A stretch of DNA of 64,000 nt from Gammaproteobacteria bacterium (GCA_022712945.1 JAFLJP010000044.1:22939-86938); one strand, 5' to 3'; shown: positions 51,609 through 61,976, numbered from the stretch's first letter. Notes: generated from the letters alone by a model not told the origin. Translations and numbers: made by a program.

Positions 51609-52283
51609 ATGAGGCTTATTATTGTGCTGTTGGTACTCTCTTCGCTGGTGGGTTGTGCATCCAATGCCACAAAAGCACGCAACCACCCTGAGTTTGCCAT
51701 TACCTATCCGGCAATGGCCAAGCCGTTGCCGAACAACTCGGGCTCTATTTTTCAGTCCAGCCAGGGGCTGGCGCTGTTTCAGGATGAAAAAGCCCGTCAA
51801 ATAGGTGACATTATTCTCGTTCAATTGAGTGAGCGTACCAACGCCAGTACCAGTGCCAGCAGCTCAACCAATAAAGCCTCCTCGGTCTCCTCCTCAGTTG
51901 GTTTGTTGATGGGGTATGACCCAACGCGGGGGCAAATACCGTTGTTGAATACGACCCTCTCTTCAGAGAAGGATTTTGCGGGTGATGGTAATAGCCGACA
52001 GAGCAACAGCTTGACCGGTACTATTGCGGTGACTGTTTCTGAGGTGCTTACCAATGGCTATCTGGTGGTTCGTGGCGAAAAGCTGATCAGTATTAATCAG
52101 GGCGATGAGTATGTGCGCCTCTCCGGTATTATTCGCCCACGGGATATTGACTCTGAAAATATGGTCGCCTCCAGCCAAGTGGCTAACGCTCAGATTGTTT
52201 ATGGCGGCAAAGGGGTGATTGGTAATGCCAATGAAATGGGCTGGTTGGATCGCTTCTTGCAGAGTTCCTGGTGGCCACTGTAA
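51609..52283 (+). CDS. flgH: Flagellar L-ring lipoprotein FlgH
   Basis: Lipobox LVGCAS, plus DIILVQLSERTNAS and LVVRGEKLISINQGDEYVRLSGIIRPRDI. Confidence 0.93.
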   Translation: MRLIIVLLVLSSLVGCASNATKARNHPEFAITYPAMAKPLPNNSGSIFQSSQGLALFQDEKARQIGDIILVQLSERTNASTSASSSTNKASSVSSSVGLLMGYDPTRGQIPLLNTTLSSEKDFAGDGNSRQSNSLTGTIAVTVSEVLTNGYLVVRGEKLISINQGDEYVRLSGIIRPRDIDSENMVASSQVANAQIVYGGKGVIGNANEMGWLDRFLQSSWWPL

Positions 52284-52301
52284 TGATGCTGGAGTGTTGA
52301 A

Positions 52302-53408
52302 ATGAAACGGTTACCGAATCTATTGATTGTATTGAGCAGCCTGTTCTTGATGGGGGTTGCCCAAGCTGAGCGGATTAAGGATATCGCCTCGGTTGCCGGA
52401 GTGCGCTCTAATCAATTGATCGGTTACGGTATTGTGGTTGGCCTTGATGGTACCGGTGATAAAACCAGTCAGACACCCTTTACCATTCAAAGTGTCAAGA
52501 GCATGCTCTCAAAATTTGGGGTGACGTTACCGGCCAATGTTAACCCCCAGTTGAAAAATGTTGCCGCTGTTTCTGTCAGTGCCACACTGCCTCCTTTTGC
52601 AAAACCCGGTCAAAATATTGATGTCACCGTCTCCTCCATTGGTAACTCCACCAGCCTGCGCGGTGGGGCGTTGATCATGACCCCGCTCAAGGGGGCGGAT
52701 GGTGAAGTGTATGCCATCGCCCAGGGTAACCTGGTGGTGGGTGGTTTTGGTGTTTCAGGCAGTGATGGCTCACGCCTTTCAGTGAATGTACCCAGTGTCG
52801 GGCGCATTCCAAACGGTGCCTCTATTGAGCGCGGTGTGCCGATGAAGATGGGGGGGGATCGTTTTGTCGATCTGAACCTGCATCGGGCCGATTTCACCAC
52901 CGCCAATAATGTCGCAGCAGAGATTAACAAGCTGCTGGGCGAAGGAACAGCAGTGCCGCTGGATGCCGCTTCCATTCAAGTGGCTGCACCAGTTGATCAA
53001 CGACAGCGGGTCGCCTTTCTTTCCATTCTCGAAAACCTGGAAGTTCAATCAGGCCAGGCCCCGGCACGGGTCATTATTAACTCCAGAACCGGCACCGTTG
53101 TCATCGGTAGTAATGTAAAAGTTGATGCCGTCGCCGTGAGTCACGGCTCGTTGACGGTCACCATTGTTGAACGACCGGCTATCTCCCAGCCCGGGGCATT
53201 GTCCGGTGGTGAAACGGTGGTGGTGGGTACCACAGATATTGAAGTGAAATCGGAAGGGAATCGTATGTTTGTCTTTGATCCGGGTGTCAGTCTGGATGAG
53301 CTGGTGCGGGCGGTTAATAATGTGGGTACCGCACCGGGTGATCTGGTGGCGATTCTGGAGGCATTGAAAGAGGCGGGGGCTTTGCGTGCGGAGCTGGTGG
53401 TGATTTAA
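52302..53408 (+). CDS. flgI: Flagellar P-ring protein FlgI
   Basis: Signal peptide, [31 protein letters not shown], and C-terminus [21 protein letters not shown]. Confidence 0.94.
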   Translation: MKRLPNLLIVLSSLFLMGVAQAERIKDIASVAGVRSNQLIGYGIVVGLDGTGDKTSQTPFTIQSVKSMLSKFGVTLPANVNPQLKNVAAVSVSATLPPFAKPGQNIDVTVSSIGNSTSLRGGALIMTPLKGADGEVYAIAQGNLVVGGFGVSGSDGSRLSVNVPSVGRIPNGASIERGVPMKMGGDRFVDLNLHRADFTTANNVAAEINKLLGEGTAVPLDAASIQVAAPVDQRQRVAFLSILENLEVQSGQAPARVIINSRTGTVVIGSNVKVDAVAVSHGSLTVTIVERPAISQPGALSGGETVVVGTTDIEVKSEGNRMFVFDPGVSLDELVRAVNNVGTAPGDLVAILEALKEAGALRAELVVI

Positions 53409-53496
53409 GGGGTACCCCTGAAAATTGATTTCCCTCTATGAAGGTGTTGGAAATAACCTCGAAATGCTCATTTATACCCATTTTTAGAGCTACCCC
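53405..53496. repeat. 92-bp short hairpin element, TTAAGG type (copy R7), between flgI and flgJ
   Basis: TTAAGGGGTACCCCTGAAAATTG...CATTTTTAGAGCTACCCC. The interior aligns with R6. The flgI TAA stop lies in the element terminus. Confidence 0.8.
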
Positions 53497-53514
53497 AGAT
53501 AGATAGGTTTAGTG

Positions 53515-54384
53515 ATGAACACACCCATTCAGCAACCACAAAGCTATACCGATTTTCAATCCCTGGCCAAGCTACGGATCCAGGCCCGGGATGATTCCCA
53601 AGGTGCCCTGCGTGCCGTTGCACAGCAGTTTGAATCGCTCTTCCTGGGGATGATGGTTAAATCGATGCGTGACGCCAGTATTGGTGATCAACTGTTTAAC
53701 TCCAATGCCCAGAATACCTATCTGGAAATGTATGATAAAGAGCTTTCACTGAGCCTCTCATCTCAGGGTGGCATTGGCCTGGCTGATACGATTGTTCGCC
53801 AGTTGAGTCATAATTTATCCAATGATGCAGAATCTCCGGCGATGATTCAATCTACCCGTCCTCTCTCTTCTGCTTCAACCCCGATAGTTAAAAAAACCGA
53901 ATCAGCCGAACGTTTTGAAACAGCGGAACAGTTTGTAAAGGCGCTATGGCCATTGGCTCAGCAGGCGGCGGATAAGCTGGGGGTGGAGCCTAAGGTGCTG
54001 ATCTCCCAGGCGGCCTTGGAGACCGGCTGGGGTAAGCGAATCATCGATATTTCCGACGGCCAGAGCAGCTATAATCTTTTTAATATCAAGGCAGACCGCC
54101 GTTGGTCGGGGGAGAGGGCAACGGTGGCAACTCTGGAATATAAGGACGGTATAGCGGTGCAGCAACAGGCCAGTTTTAGGTCCTATGGTTCTTATGCCGA
54201 GAGCTTTCAGGATTATGTGGATTTTGTTACTCATTCACCCCGCTACAGTGAAGCCCTCAATAAGGCAGCTGATGCGGTGGGCTACATTGATGCGTTACAC
54301 AAAGGTGGCTATGCAACAGACCCCGATTATGCGGCTAAAATAAAAGCGATTATGGGACAAGTGTTACTGGCTGACGAAGTGTAA
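53515..54384 (+). CDS. flgJ: Flagellar rod assembly protein/muramidase FlgJ
   Basis: The N-terminal rod-binding region is VAQQFESLFLGMMVKSMR. The C-terminal glucosaminidase has ISQAALETGWGK and YATDPDYAAKI. Confidence 0.92.
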   Translation: MNTPIQQPQSYTDFQSLAKLRIQARDDSQGALRAVAQQFESLFLGMMVKSMRDASIGDQLFNSNAQNTYLEMYDKELSLSLSSQGGIGLADTIVRQLSHNLSNDAESPAMIQSTRPLSSASTPIVKKTESAERFETAEQFVKALWPLAQQAADKLGVEPKVLISQAALETGWGKRIIDISDGQSSYNLFNIKADRRWSGERATVATLEYKDGIAVQQQASFRSYGSYAESFQDYVDFVTHSPRYSEALNKAADAVGYIDALHKGGYATDPDYAAKIKAIMGQVLLADEV

Positions 54385-54466
54385 AGGTTATGCTGTTAAT
54401 GGACGATAGAGCAGTGAAAGAGACAGATGGCGGGTGATTGCCATCGAAGCAATTTAGGGGATTGAT

Positions 54467-56380
54467 ATGTCGGGTTCGGGTGATGTTTTTGGTACCGCCA
54501 TTTCGGGGCTAATGGCCTTTCAACGTGCGTTGCATACCACGTCACAAAATATCTCAAATGCGGCAACTGAAGGTTATAGCCGTCAAACCACAGAGTTTAT
54601 GACCCGCGCACCCACGCGGGTGGGCACCAATAGCATTGGTGCCGGTGTGGAGGTAGCCTCTGTTCGTCGGCAGTTTGATGGTGTGGTTGAGAGCCGCCTG
54701 AATGGTTATTCGAGTACCTATAATTATCAGGATGCCATCAATGAATATGCCACGCAGCTCGATGAGTTGCTGGCTAACGCCAGCGCCAGTTTGGGTAACA
54801 GCGTGCAAAACTTTTTTGACTCGGCACAAACCGTGGCCAATACCCCTACCTCTATTGCAGGGAGAGAGGTGATGGTTTCCGAAGGGGATGAGCTGGTCAA
54901 CCGCTTCTCCATGCTCTCAGGTCAACTCAGCTCCTATAAAGAACAGATTAATAACGATATCCGACTTGCGGTGGGCGAGTTGAATGGCTACGCGCAATCC
55001 ATTGCTGAGTTAAATGATCAAATTAGCCAGGCGGGTGGTGTTCATGGCCAGTTTCCACCCAATGACCTGATGGACAAGCGGGATCTGTTAGTCGGTAAAA
55101 TGTCCGAATTGGCTAATATTAATACCCTGACCAAAGATGATGGCTCAATGGATGTCTTCATTGGTAAAGGCCAGCCATTAGTTTTGAATACCAATGCAAA
55201 TAACATTGTGACCCAGGGTAATCGTTACAATAGCTATGATCTGGAAGTCGCTTTTGATAATGGTAATGGCAATGTATTTGACATTACCAATACCCTCAAT
55301 GGCGGAAAAATCGGTGGTTTACTCCAGGTGCGGAGTGACCTTATCACCCAGGCTGAAAATACTATGGGTCGCATGGCAGTGGGCCTTGCTGATAGTTTCA
55401 ACGCACAACATCGCCAGGGAATGGATCTGGATGGGGATATTAATAACGGTTTTTTTAGCACCCCAACGGCGGAAGTCTATGTCAGTCGTCTGAATACCGG
55501 CAGTGCCAATACATCCGCCACGATTACCGATGTCTCCCAGTTAACAACGTCTGATTACGAACTTAAATTCAATGGCACAAACTACACTCTACGCGACATG
55601 GAGACGGGTGTCAGTTCCACCATTCCGGGGGTTGGCACATACGATACCGGCTTTGGTTTCGAGCTGAATATATCCGCAGGCGCGGTGGCGGGTGATAGTT
55701 TTTATATTCGCCCTACGGGAACTGCGGCGGGGCAGATATCCAGTACCATCACCGATGGAAAAGATATTGCGGCGGCATCTGCTGTTGCTACCGAGAGTCG
55801 CTGGGATAATCAGGGTGATGGGGTGCCAAGTGCTCTTAATGTTCAGGATATCTCCAATGCCGCGCTATTGAATGACGTCACCATTGCCTTTACTGCTGGC
55901 AATCAGTTTGATGTGCTCGATAATACGACCGGTACCGTATTGGCATCCAATGTCGCCTATAATAGTGGTGATAGCGTGGCTTATAATGGTTGGGAGCTGG
56001 TGTTGAGTGGCACACCGGCAACGGGTGATACCTTCACGGTTGCCAGTAATTTTGGTGCATCAGGTGACAATACCAATATGCTGGCACTGGCCGGTATTCA
56101 ACAACAAAATGTGTTGGCAAACGGCAGTGAAAGTTTGCAGGATAGTTATTCACGCCTGGTATCCGACATTGGGGTTGCAGCGGCACGCTCAGATCAAACC
56201 CGCCAGGCGCAAGGCATTATGTTACAACAGGCTGAAATGCAGAAATCGTCTGTGTCAGGGGTTAATCTTGATGAAGAGGCAGCCAACCTGATGCGTTACC
56301 AGCAGGCGTATGCGGCGGCGGCAAAAGTGATGAGCACAGCAAATACGGTATTCGAAACACTGCTGAATGCAGTGCGATAA
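54467..56380 (+). CDS. flgK: Flagellar hook-associated protein 1, FlgK
   Basis: 637 aa. TTSQNISNAATEGYSRQ at the N-terminus and VNLDEEAANLMRYQQAYAAAAKVMS at the C-terminus. Confidence 0.92.
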   Translation: MSGSGDVFGTAISGLMAFQRALHTTSQNISNAATEGYSRQTTEFMTRAPTRVGTNSIGAGVEVASVRRQFDGVVESRLNGYSSTYNYQDAINEYATQLDELLANASASLGNSVQNFFDSAQTVANTPTSIAGREVMVSEGDELVNRFSMLSGQLSSYKEQINNDIRLAVGELNGYAQSIAELNDQISQAGGVHGQFPPNDLMDKRDLLVGKMSELANINTLTKDDGSMDVFIGKGQPLVLNTNANNIVTQGNRYNSYDLEVAFDNGNGNVFDITNTLNGGKIGGLLQVRSDLITQAENTMGRMAVGLADSFNAQHRQGMDLDGDINNGFFSTPTAEVYVSRLNTGSANTSATITDVSQLTTSDYELKFNGTNYTLRDMETGVSSTIPGVGTYDTGFGFELNISAGAVAGDSFYIRPTGTAAGQISSTITDGKDIAAASAVATESRWDNQGDGVPSALNVQDISNAALLNDVTIAFTAGNQFDVLDNTTGTVLASNVAYNSGDSVAYNGWELVLSGTPATGDTFTVASNFGASGDNTNMLALAGIQQQNVLANGSESLQDSYSRLVSDIGVAAARSDQTRQAQGIMLQQAEMQKSSVSGVNLDEEAANLMRYQQAYAAAAKVMSTANTVFETLLNAVR

Positions 56381-56395
56381 TAGAGAGGTAATCTC

Positions 56396-57598
56396 ATGAC
56401 GGTTCGACTTTCTACCAGCATGATGTTTCAAAACAGCATGAAGACCATGATGGAGAGCCAGAGCGAAATTAATCGCCTGCAACAGCAAATTTCCACTGGC
56501 AAGCGCCTGTTGAGTGCGGCAGATGATCCCGCAGCCTCCGCCGCTGTTTTTCAGTTGCGCGAAGCAAAACAACAGATGGAACAGTACCAGGTCAATGCCG
56601 ATGCGGCGGAAGCCCAGGTAGGTTATCAAGAGTCTGTTTATGGCGATATAACCAATATCCTTCAGCGGGTACGGGATCTGACCTTGCAGGGTAACAGCGA
56701 CACCACCAATCGAAGTGATCGGGCCATTCTTGCCGAGGAGATTGATGGTTTAAGGCGCAGTTTAATCTCGATTGCAAATAGCACGGATGTGAACGGTGAT
56801 TATATGTTTGCCGGTAATAAAGCCGGCAGTGTGCCTTTTGTGGAAACAGGCATGGTGGTGAGCTATCAGGGTGATGAGGGAGTTCGTGAGTTAAAAGTCG
56901 GTGCCAGCCGACTGGTGGCGTTAAACGATAATGGCAAAGATGTTTTTATGAAAATACCGACAGGTAATGGGGTGATTGCCGCTTCTGCCAGTGCATCGAA
57001 TACCGGTAGCGGTATCATTGATCTAGGGAATGAGGTGGGTACCTTTGTTAATGACACTTACGATATTCAGTTTACTGCAACAAATCCAACGACTTATGAG
57101 GTGTATGATAGCTCATCTACGTTAGTTGCCGGGCCAAGCTCTTTTTCAAGTGGTGATACGCTGAGTTTTGCCGGTATTAATGTCTCTATTTCAGGTGAAC
57201 CCAATGCGGGTGATGCATTTACACTTGAACCCAGCGGTAACCGTGATATTTTTTCTTCCCTGCAGGTGATTGTGGATGTCTTCAATACCACGGGGAATGA
57301 CTCAGCCTCTTCAGCCTATCGTCATAATGAAGTGAGTCGAGCATTTAGTCACTTGGACAACACCATGGAAAGCATTGGCGTACAACGTAGTCAGGCGGGT
57401 AATCGCCTGAATGCTATTGAGCAACAGAGAGTGGTTAATGACAACCTCATTTTCCAGGGCACAGTGAATATTTCACGGTTAGAAGATGTCGATATGACGG
57501 AAGCAATTATGCATTTTGAGCTGCAACTACAGGCACTTGAAGCCTCTCAACAATCTTTCTCGATCGCACAACGTCAAAGTCTTTTTGATTTTATGTAA
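56396..57598 (+). CDS. flgL: Flagellar hook-associated protein 3, FlgL
   Basis: 400 aa with flagellin-like N-terminus (MTVRLSTSMMFQNS...) and C-terminus (RLEDVDMTEAIMHFELQLQALEASQQSFS). Confidence 0.9.
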   Translation: MTVRLSTSMMFQNSMKTMMESQSEINRLQQQISTGKRLLSAADDPAASAAVFQLREAKQQMEQYQVNADAAEAQVGYQESVYGDITNILQRVRDLTLQGNSDTTNRSDRAILAEEIDGLRRSLISIANSTDVNGDYMFAGNKAGSVPFVETGMVVSYQGDEGVRELKVGASRLVALNDNGKDVFMKIPTGNGVIAASASASNTGSGIIDLGNEVGTFVNDTYDIQFTATNPTTYEVYDSSSTLVAGPSSFSSGDTLSFAGINVSISGEPNAGDAFTLEPSGNRDIFSSLQVIVDVFNTTGNDSASSAYRHNEVSRAFSHLDNTMESIGVQRSQAGNRLNAIEQQRVVNDNLIFQGTVNISRLEDVDMTEAIMHFELQLQALEASQQSFSIAQRQSLFDFM

Positions 57599-57619
57599 TC
57601 GTGCGCTGATAATAGCGGT

Positions 57620-58408
57620 ATGAATGAGATAATCCGCTTGCAAAAAATCATGGCACAACTGCGCGATCCCGAGTGCGGTTGTCCGTGGGATCTCAAACAA
57701 ACCTTCGAAACCATCATTCCCCATACCCTTGAAGAGGCTTATGAAGTGGCTTATGCCATTGAACAGGGTGATTATGACGAATTAAAGGATGAACTCGGGG
57801 ATTTGTTGTTCCAGGTGATCTTTTATAGTCAGCTGGCCAAAGAGCAGGCACTGTTTGAATTTAAGGATGTGGTTGAGGCTATTTGCGAAAAAATGCTTCG
57901 TCGTCACCCCCATGTTTTTGATCAGCAATTTATCGGAGAGGATGATGATCAGAGTATTCATCGTCGTTGGGAGGAGATTAAGGCGCAAGAGACAGCACAC
58001 GCAGCATCACACAGCGTGCTTGATGGACTGACCCGCGCACTGCCGGCGATGACCTTGGCGAATAAAATCCAGAAAAAAGTGGCCAAGGTGGGGTTCGACT
58101 GGGAAAGCAGCCAACAGGTTATTGATAAAATTGAAGAGGAGTTGGAGGAGGTCAAGGTTGAGCTTGCCAAGGCAGATAATTCAGTACGCCAGCATGAAGA
58201 GATTGGCGATTTGCTGTTTGCCTGTGTCAATCTGGCGCGTAAATCCAATGCAGACCCGGAGCAACTACTGCGTAAAGCCAACCAAAAATTTGAAACACGC
58301 TTCCGTGACCTGGAGTCACAAATTGCAGCACAGCAATTAAATATTACCGAATTACCCCTCGAAATACTTGAACAGTACTGGCAGCAGGCAAAAAAACGTG
58401 TCGGATAA
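57620..58408 (+). CDS. mazG: Nucleoside triphosphate pyrophosphohydrolase MazG
   Basis: CPWDLKQTFETIIPHTLEEAYEV plus tandem MazG domains (ELGDLLFQV and EIGDLLFACVNLAR). 262 aa. Confidence 0.93.
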   Translation: MNEIIRLQKIMAQLRDPECGCPWDLKQTFETIIPHTLEEAYEVAYAIEQGDYDELKDELGDLLFQVIFYSQLAKEQALFEFKDVVEAICEKMLRRHPHVFDQQFIGEDDDQSIHRRWEEIKAQETAHAASHSVLDGLTRALPAMTLANKIQKKVAKVGFDWESSQQVIDKIEEELEEVKVELAKADNSVRQHEEIGDLLFACVNLARKSNADPEQLLRKANQKFETRFRDLESQIAAQQLNITELPLEILEQYWQQAKKRVG

Positions 58409-58411
58409 AGT

Positions 58412-59263
58412 CTAATTTACATGGCAAGTGAAACAGAGCTCACTATTTTCATTGCTCATGCGTAAAAAGCTAGCAATAAAGGTACTGCCGTTTGGATTCA
58501 TCACTCCATGGGGGTCATGGCAGCTGGCGCACTCCACCTTATAACCACCAGATTCATAGAGCCTGATCTCATCGGGATCCGCTTTATTGTCACCGTCCTT
58601 ATCAAAGAACCTCATCTCCCCGGTTACCTCTCCGGTAAGGATTCTGAAGTCTGAGGTGTTGGGCAGGGTAACGCCAATGGGGTGGTCATTTGAAAGATCC
58701 GGGCCAACAGTATAGAAACCGAGGTCAGGTATGCTCCAACCATTGCCGGTGAAGTGACATTGGGTGCATCCGAGCATGGTCTGATGTTGAATATCACCTG
58801 ACCAAGAGTCAAGAAATGCCTCGTCCAGCTGGTGTGTTGGGTCGTATTTTCCGGGGCCGGGCATATTGATAATGGCGTCGATGGCGATAGTGCCATCATG
58901 GCAAGAGAGACAGGTGACTGAGTTGGGGCCTGGCCCCGCGACCGGCTGATTAACCTGCTCGTAGAGTGTGTATGTCGCGGTTGATGCGGTTCGATTCCAC
59001 AGTGGTGCACCCTGAACTGAGGTGTTGGCAGCATGGGGCGTGTGGCAATAGACGCAGACTTCGCCGTAATTATTGAAATAGGGGTTCATAAATGCCCGCC
59101 AAGTGGCAAAGTCGAGTGACAAATTGTGGCGTGTATTACGTACTCCACCAACATTTGAGGCGGCAGTTGGTCCCCAGCCATCACCTTGGTCGGGGTTAAA
59201 GGCGTGGCTAACGACAGGTAGTGAAAGCCCAACTAGTAATAAAAAAATACCGGTGTATTTCAT
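58412..59263 (-). CDS. Secreted pentahaem c-type cytochrome
   Basis: Signal peptide MKYTGIFLLLVGLSLPVVSHA. Five CxxCH motifs: CVYCH, CLSCH, CTQCH, CASCH and CFTCH (2 residues from the C-terminus). The RHNLS motif is typical of multihaem families. Confidence 0.85.
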   Translation of the reverse strand: MKYTGIFLLLVGLSLPVVSHAFNPDQGDGWGPTAASNVGGVRNTRHNLSLDFATWRAFMNPYFNNYGEVCVYCHTPHAANTSVQGAPLWNRTASTATYTLYEQVNQPVAGPGPNSVTCLSCHDGTIAIDAIINMPGPGKYDPTHQLDEAFLDSWSGDIQHQTMLGCTQCHFTGNGWSIPDLGFYTVGPDLSNDHPIGVTLPNTSDFRILTGEVTGEMRFFDKDGDNKADPDEIRLYESGGYKVECASCHDPHGVMNPNGSTFIASFLRMSNENSELCFTCHVN

Positions 59264-59518
59264 TTATTCTGCATCTCTGTGTTGTTAGGTAATATCGTCA
59301 TAATTCAGCGTCTCTGTCACTGTGCGAAAAAGCGCCCCCGACTTGAGATGAATATAAATTTCCGACCTTCTTCTTATCGACTATTCTAAACAATTATTTA
59401 ACATGGTTACAATTGGTTTTCTATTAATTAAAATAAATGACGTTAATTCCTCTGCTTGTGAATCTCCTTTCTTTTTACACTACACTAGAGCCTCAATAAT
59501 CTCTGGGAGTGGCTACTT

Positions 59519-61075
59519 GTGACTGAGTTTGTGATGTGGGGGTGGGTGGCCGCTGCAATAGTAATGGGCGTGCTGCTGGGTGCCTTTCTGATGTGGCAAA
59601 AAATGAGTGCCACAGCCAAGCGGCAGTTACATCAACAATCAGAGCAGATGATTGGGGTGCAAGGCCAGTTGCAACAACAACAGACGGCACTGGCAGTTGC
59701 AACTGAACGAGTGACCAGCTTGGAACAGCGGTTAACTCAGGAGCAGTCGCAGGTCGCGGAATCAACACAGCAGCGGCAAGATGTGCAAGATGAGCTGAGT
59801 GATGCACGTCAACAGCTAGAAGGCACACGCCGTGCTGAGCAAGCACTGCTTGAGCAGTGTCAGCAGTTTAAGCAGCAGCAGGCTGAACAGCGCCTGCAGT
59901 GGGATCAACTGCAACAGCGTAATAGTACTTTGCAGAGTGAAAATACCGAGCTGCGCACTCGGCAGCAGGAGAAAGAGCTGCATTATGCTTCGCAATTAGC
60001 CCAGTTTGATCAACAGAAGCTTGAACTCACCAAGTCGTTTGAAAATCTGGCTAACCGTATTTTTGAGGCCAAAGCTAAATCCTTTTCTGAAAATAGTCGC
60101 CAATCGCTGGATGACCTGCTCAAACCGTTTCGCCAGCAGATTGGCGATTTTCGCCAGAAGGTTGAGGATATTCACCACAAAGAGACCGAGCAGCAGGCCC
60201 AACTGCGAACGGAACTGGGTCACCTTAAAGAGCTTAACCAACAGATTACCGAAGAGGCCCATCAGCTTGCGACCGCTCTCAAGGGAGAAAAAAAGACCCA
60301 AGGTAATTGGGGTGAATTGATTTTGGAAAATGTGCTAGACCGGTGTGGCTTACAAGTTGATAAAGACTATAAGCGCGAGGTGAGCTTTAACACAGACAAT
60401 GGTCGCCAGCGCCCTGATGTGATCGTCTATCTACCTGAAAATAAGCATTTGGTCATTGATGCAAAGGTCTCATTGAATGCCTATACCCGTTATATCAATA
60501 GTGAGGATGACGCTGAGAGAGGGCAGGCACTGAAAGAGCATGTGGCTGCGGTTGCAGACCGTATCAAAGAGCTATCTGATCGCCACTATTTCGAACTGCC
60601 AGGGCTGAACTCACCAGAAATTGTGTTTATGTTTATTCCCATCGAATCGGCCTTTGTTGAGGCGTTGCGTGCCGATGAGAGCCTGTTTCAGAAAGCACTG
60701 GAGCAAAATGTGCTGGTTGCCACCCCGACCACCTTATTGACCAGCCTGAATATTGTTCGCCAGCTATGGCGCTTTGAGAATCAAAACCGTCATACCGCTG
60801 AGTTGGCTGAAAAAGCGGGCAAAATGTATGACAAACTCAACACTTTTTTAGGTTCCATGGAGAAGGTGGGTCGCTCGCTGGATAGTGCCAAAGATAGTTA
60901 TGAGAAGGCATTTGGCCAGCTCTATAGCGGCCGTGGCAATCTGATCAAACAGGCCAATGAGTTCAAAAAACTGGGTGTCTCTGTTAAGGCTGAACTACCC
61001 GAGGGGCTGGTTGATCGTGCTGAACTGGAGCTGGATCATTCGGTGGCGGATCTATCGAATGGTACTGAAAAATAA
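59519..61075 (+). CDS. rmuC: DNA recombination protein RmuC
   Basis: N-terminal TM helix, a Q-rich coiled coil, then the conserved GNWGELILENVLDRCGL and PDVIVYLPENKHLVIDAKVSL nuclease-like core. GTG 59519; an alternative ATG lies at 59534. Confidence 0.9.
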   Translation: MTEFVMWGWVAAAIVMGVLLGAFLMWQKMSATAKRQLHQQSEQMIGVQGQLQQQQTALAVATERVTSLEQRLTQEQSQVAESTQQRQDVQDELSDARQQLEGTRRAEQALLEQCQQFKQQQAEQRLQWDQLQQRNSTLQSENTELRTRQQEKELHYASQLAQFDQQKLELTKSFENLANRIFEAKAKSFSENSRQSLDDLLKPFRQQIGDFRQKVEDIHHKETEQQAQLRTELGHLKELNQQITEEAHQLATALKGEKKTQGNWGELILENVLDRCGLQVDKDYKREVSFNTDNGRQRPDVIVYLPENKHLVIDAKVSLNAYTRYINSEDDAERGQALKEHVAAVADRIKELSDRHYFELPGLNSPEIVFMFIPIESAFVEALRADESLFQKALEQNVLVATPTTLLTSLNIVRQLWRFENQNRHTAELAEKAGKMYDKLNTFLGSMEKVGRSLDSAKDSYEKAFGQLYSGRGNLIKQANEFKKLGVSVKAELPEGLVDRAELELDHSVADLSNGTEK

Positions 61076-61135
61076 TCTGCATCGATTCCTGTTTTTTGTT
61101 TTTCTGGCATAATATTTGACCAAACGGGAGTGAGT

Positions 61136-61924
61136 ATGGCCACAGAATATTATCAACGCCGCTTTGCCGGTATTCAACGTTTGTACGGTGATCAGGGGGC
61201 TGATGTACTTGCTCAGGCACATTTTTGTGTGGTCGGTATCGGTGGTGTTGGTTCCTGGGCGGTGGAGGCGTTGGCGCGCAGTGGTATCGGCAAGGTGACC
61301 TTGATTGACTTTGATACGGTAAGCGAGAGCAATATTAATCGTCAATTGCCGGCAATGAGTGATACGATCGAGCACAAAAAGTGCCAAGTGATGGCGGAGC
61401 GTATTCACCTGATTAACGCCGATTGTCAGGTTGAGGTGATTGACGACTTTATCACGGTAAAAAACCACCAAACGTACCTAAACCGTGATTATGACTATGT
61501 GATTGATGCGATTGACAGCATTAAATTCAAATCGTTGATGATCAACTATTGCAAACGAAATAAGGTTCCGATTATTGTGACAGGCGGTGCCGGTGGTATG
61601 ACGGATCCCACTAAAATTCAAGTGGCCGATGTGAGCCGTACCTTCAATGATCCGCTAATTGCAAAAGTGCGCTCACAGTTGCGAAAAGAGTTTGGGTTTA
61701 ATAAAAAAAGTCAGCGCAAGTTTGGTGTCGATTGTGTGTTTTCATCTCAGCAGCCGGTCTACCCAAAGGCGGATGGTACGGTTGGTTATGAAAAACCGGG
61801 TATTCACGGGGTTTCACTGGACTGCCGTTTCGGTTATGGTGCAGCCAGTCATATTACTGCCAGTTTTGGTTTTATGGCGGTCGGTTATGCCATCAACAAA
61901 TTGGTGGAAAAGAGTGGCGCTTAA
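61136..61924 (+). CDS. tcdA: tRNA threonylcarbamoyladenosine dehydratase (ThiF/E1-like)
   Basis: FAGIQRLYGDQGADVLAQAHFCVVGIGGVGSWAVEALARSGIG is collinear with TcdA/CsdL. Confidence 0.88.
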   Translation: MATEYYQRRFAGIQRLYGDQGADVLAQAHFCVVGIGGVGSWAVEALARSGIGKVTLIDFDTVSESNINRQLPAMSDTIEHKKCQVMAERIHLINADCQVEVIDDFITVKNHQTYLNRDYDYVIDAIDSIKFKSLMINYCKRNKVPIIVTGGAGGMTDPTKIQVADVSRTFNDPLIAKVRSQLRKEFGFNKKSQRKFGVDCVFSSQQPVYPKADGTVGYEKPGIHGVSLDCRFGYGAASHITASFGFMAVGYAINKLVEKSGA

Positions 61925-61976
61925 ATTTGGCTGGCTGGTCGAATAACTATAAATCATAGTTTTGAGGAGAGATGAA

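Noticed and set aside
54428-54441. Sigma54-like TGGCGG-N4-TTGC upstream of flgK
   Set aside because: The GG-to-GC spacing is 11 rather than the strict 12, and the -24 element is degenerate. I could not support it as a promoter.
59600-59960. CAG/CAA-rich stretch in rmuC (Q-rich protein segment), considered as a tandem repeat. An antisense ORF lies at 59493-59846.
   Set aside because: There is no exact periodic unit. It encodes the expected coiled-coil/Q-rich linker of RmuC. The antisense ORF is an artefact of that composition.
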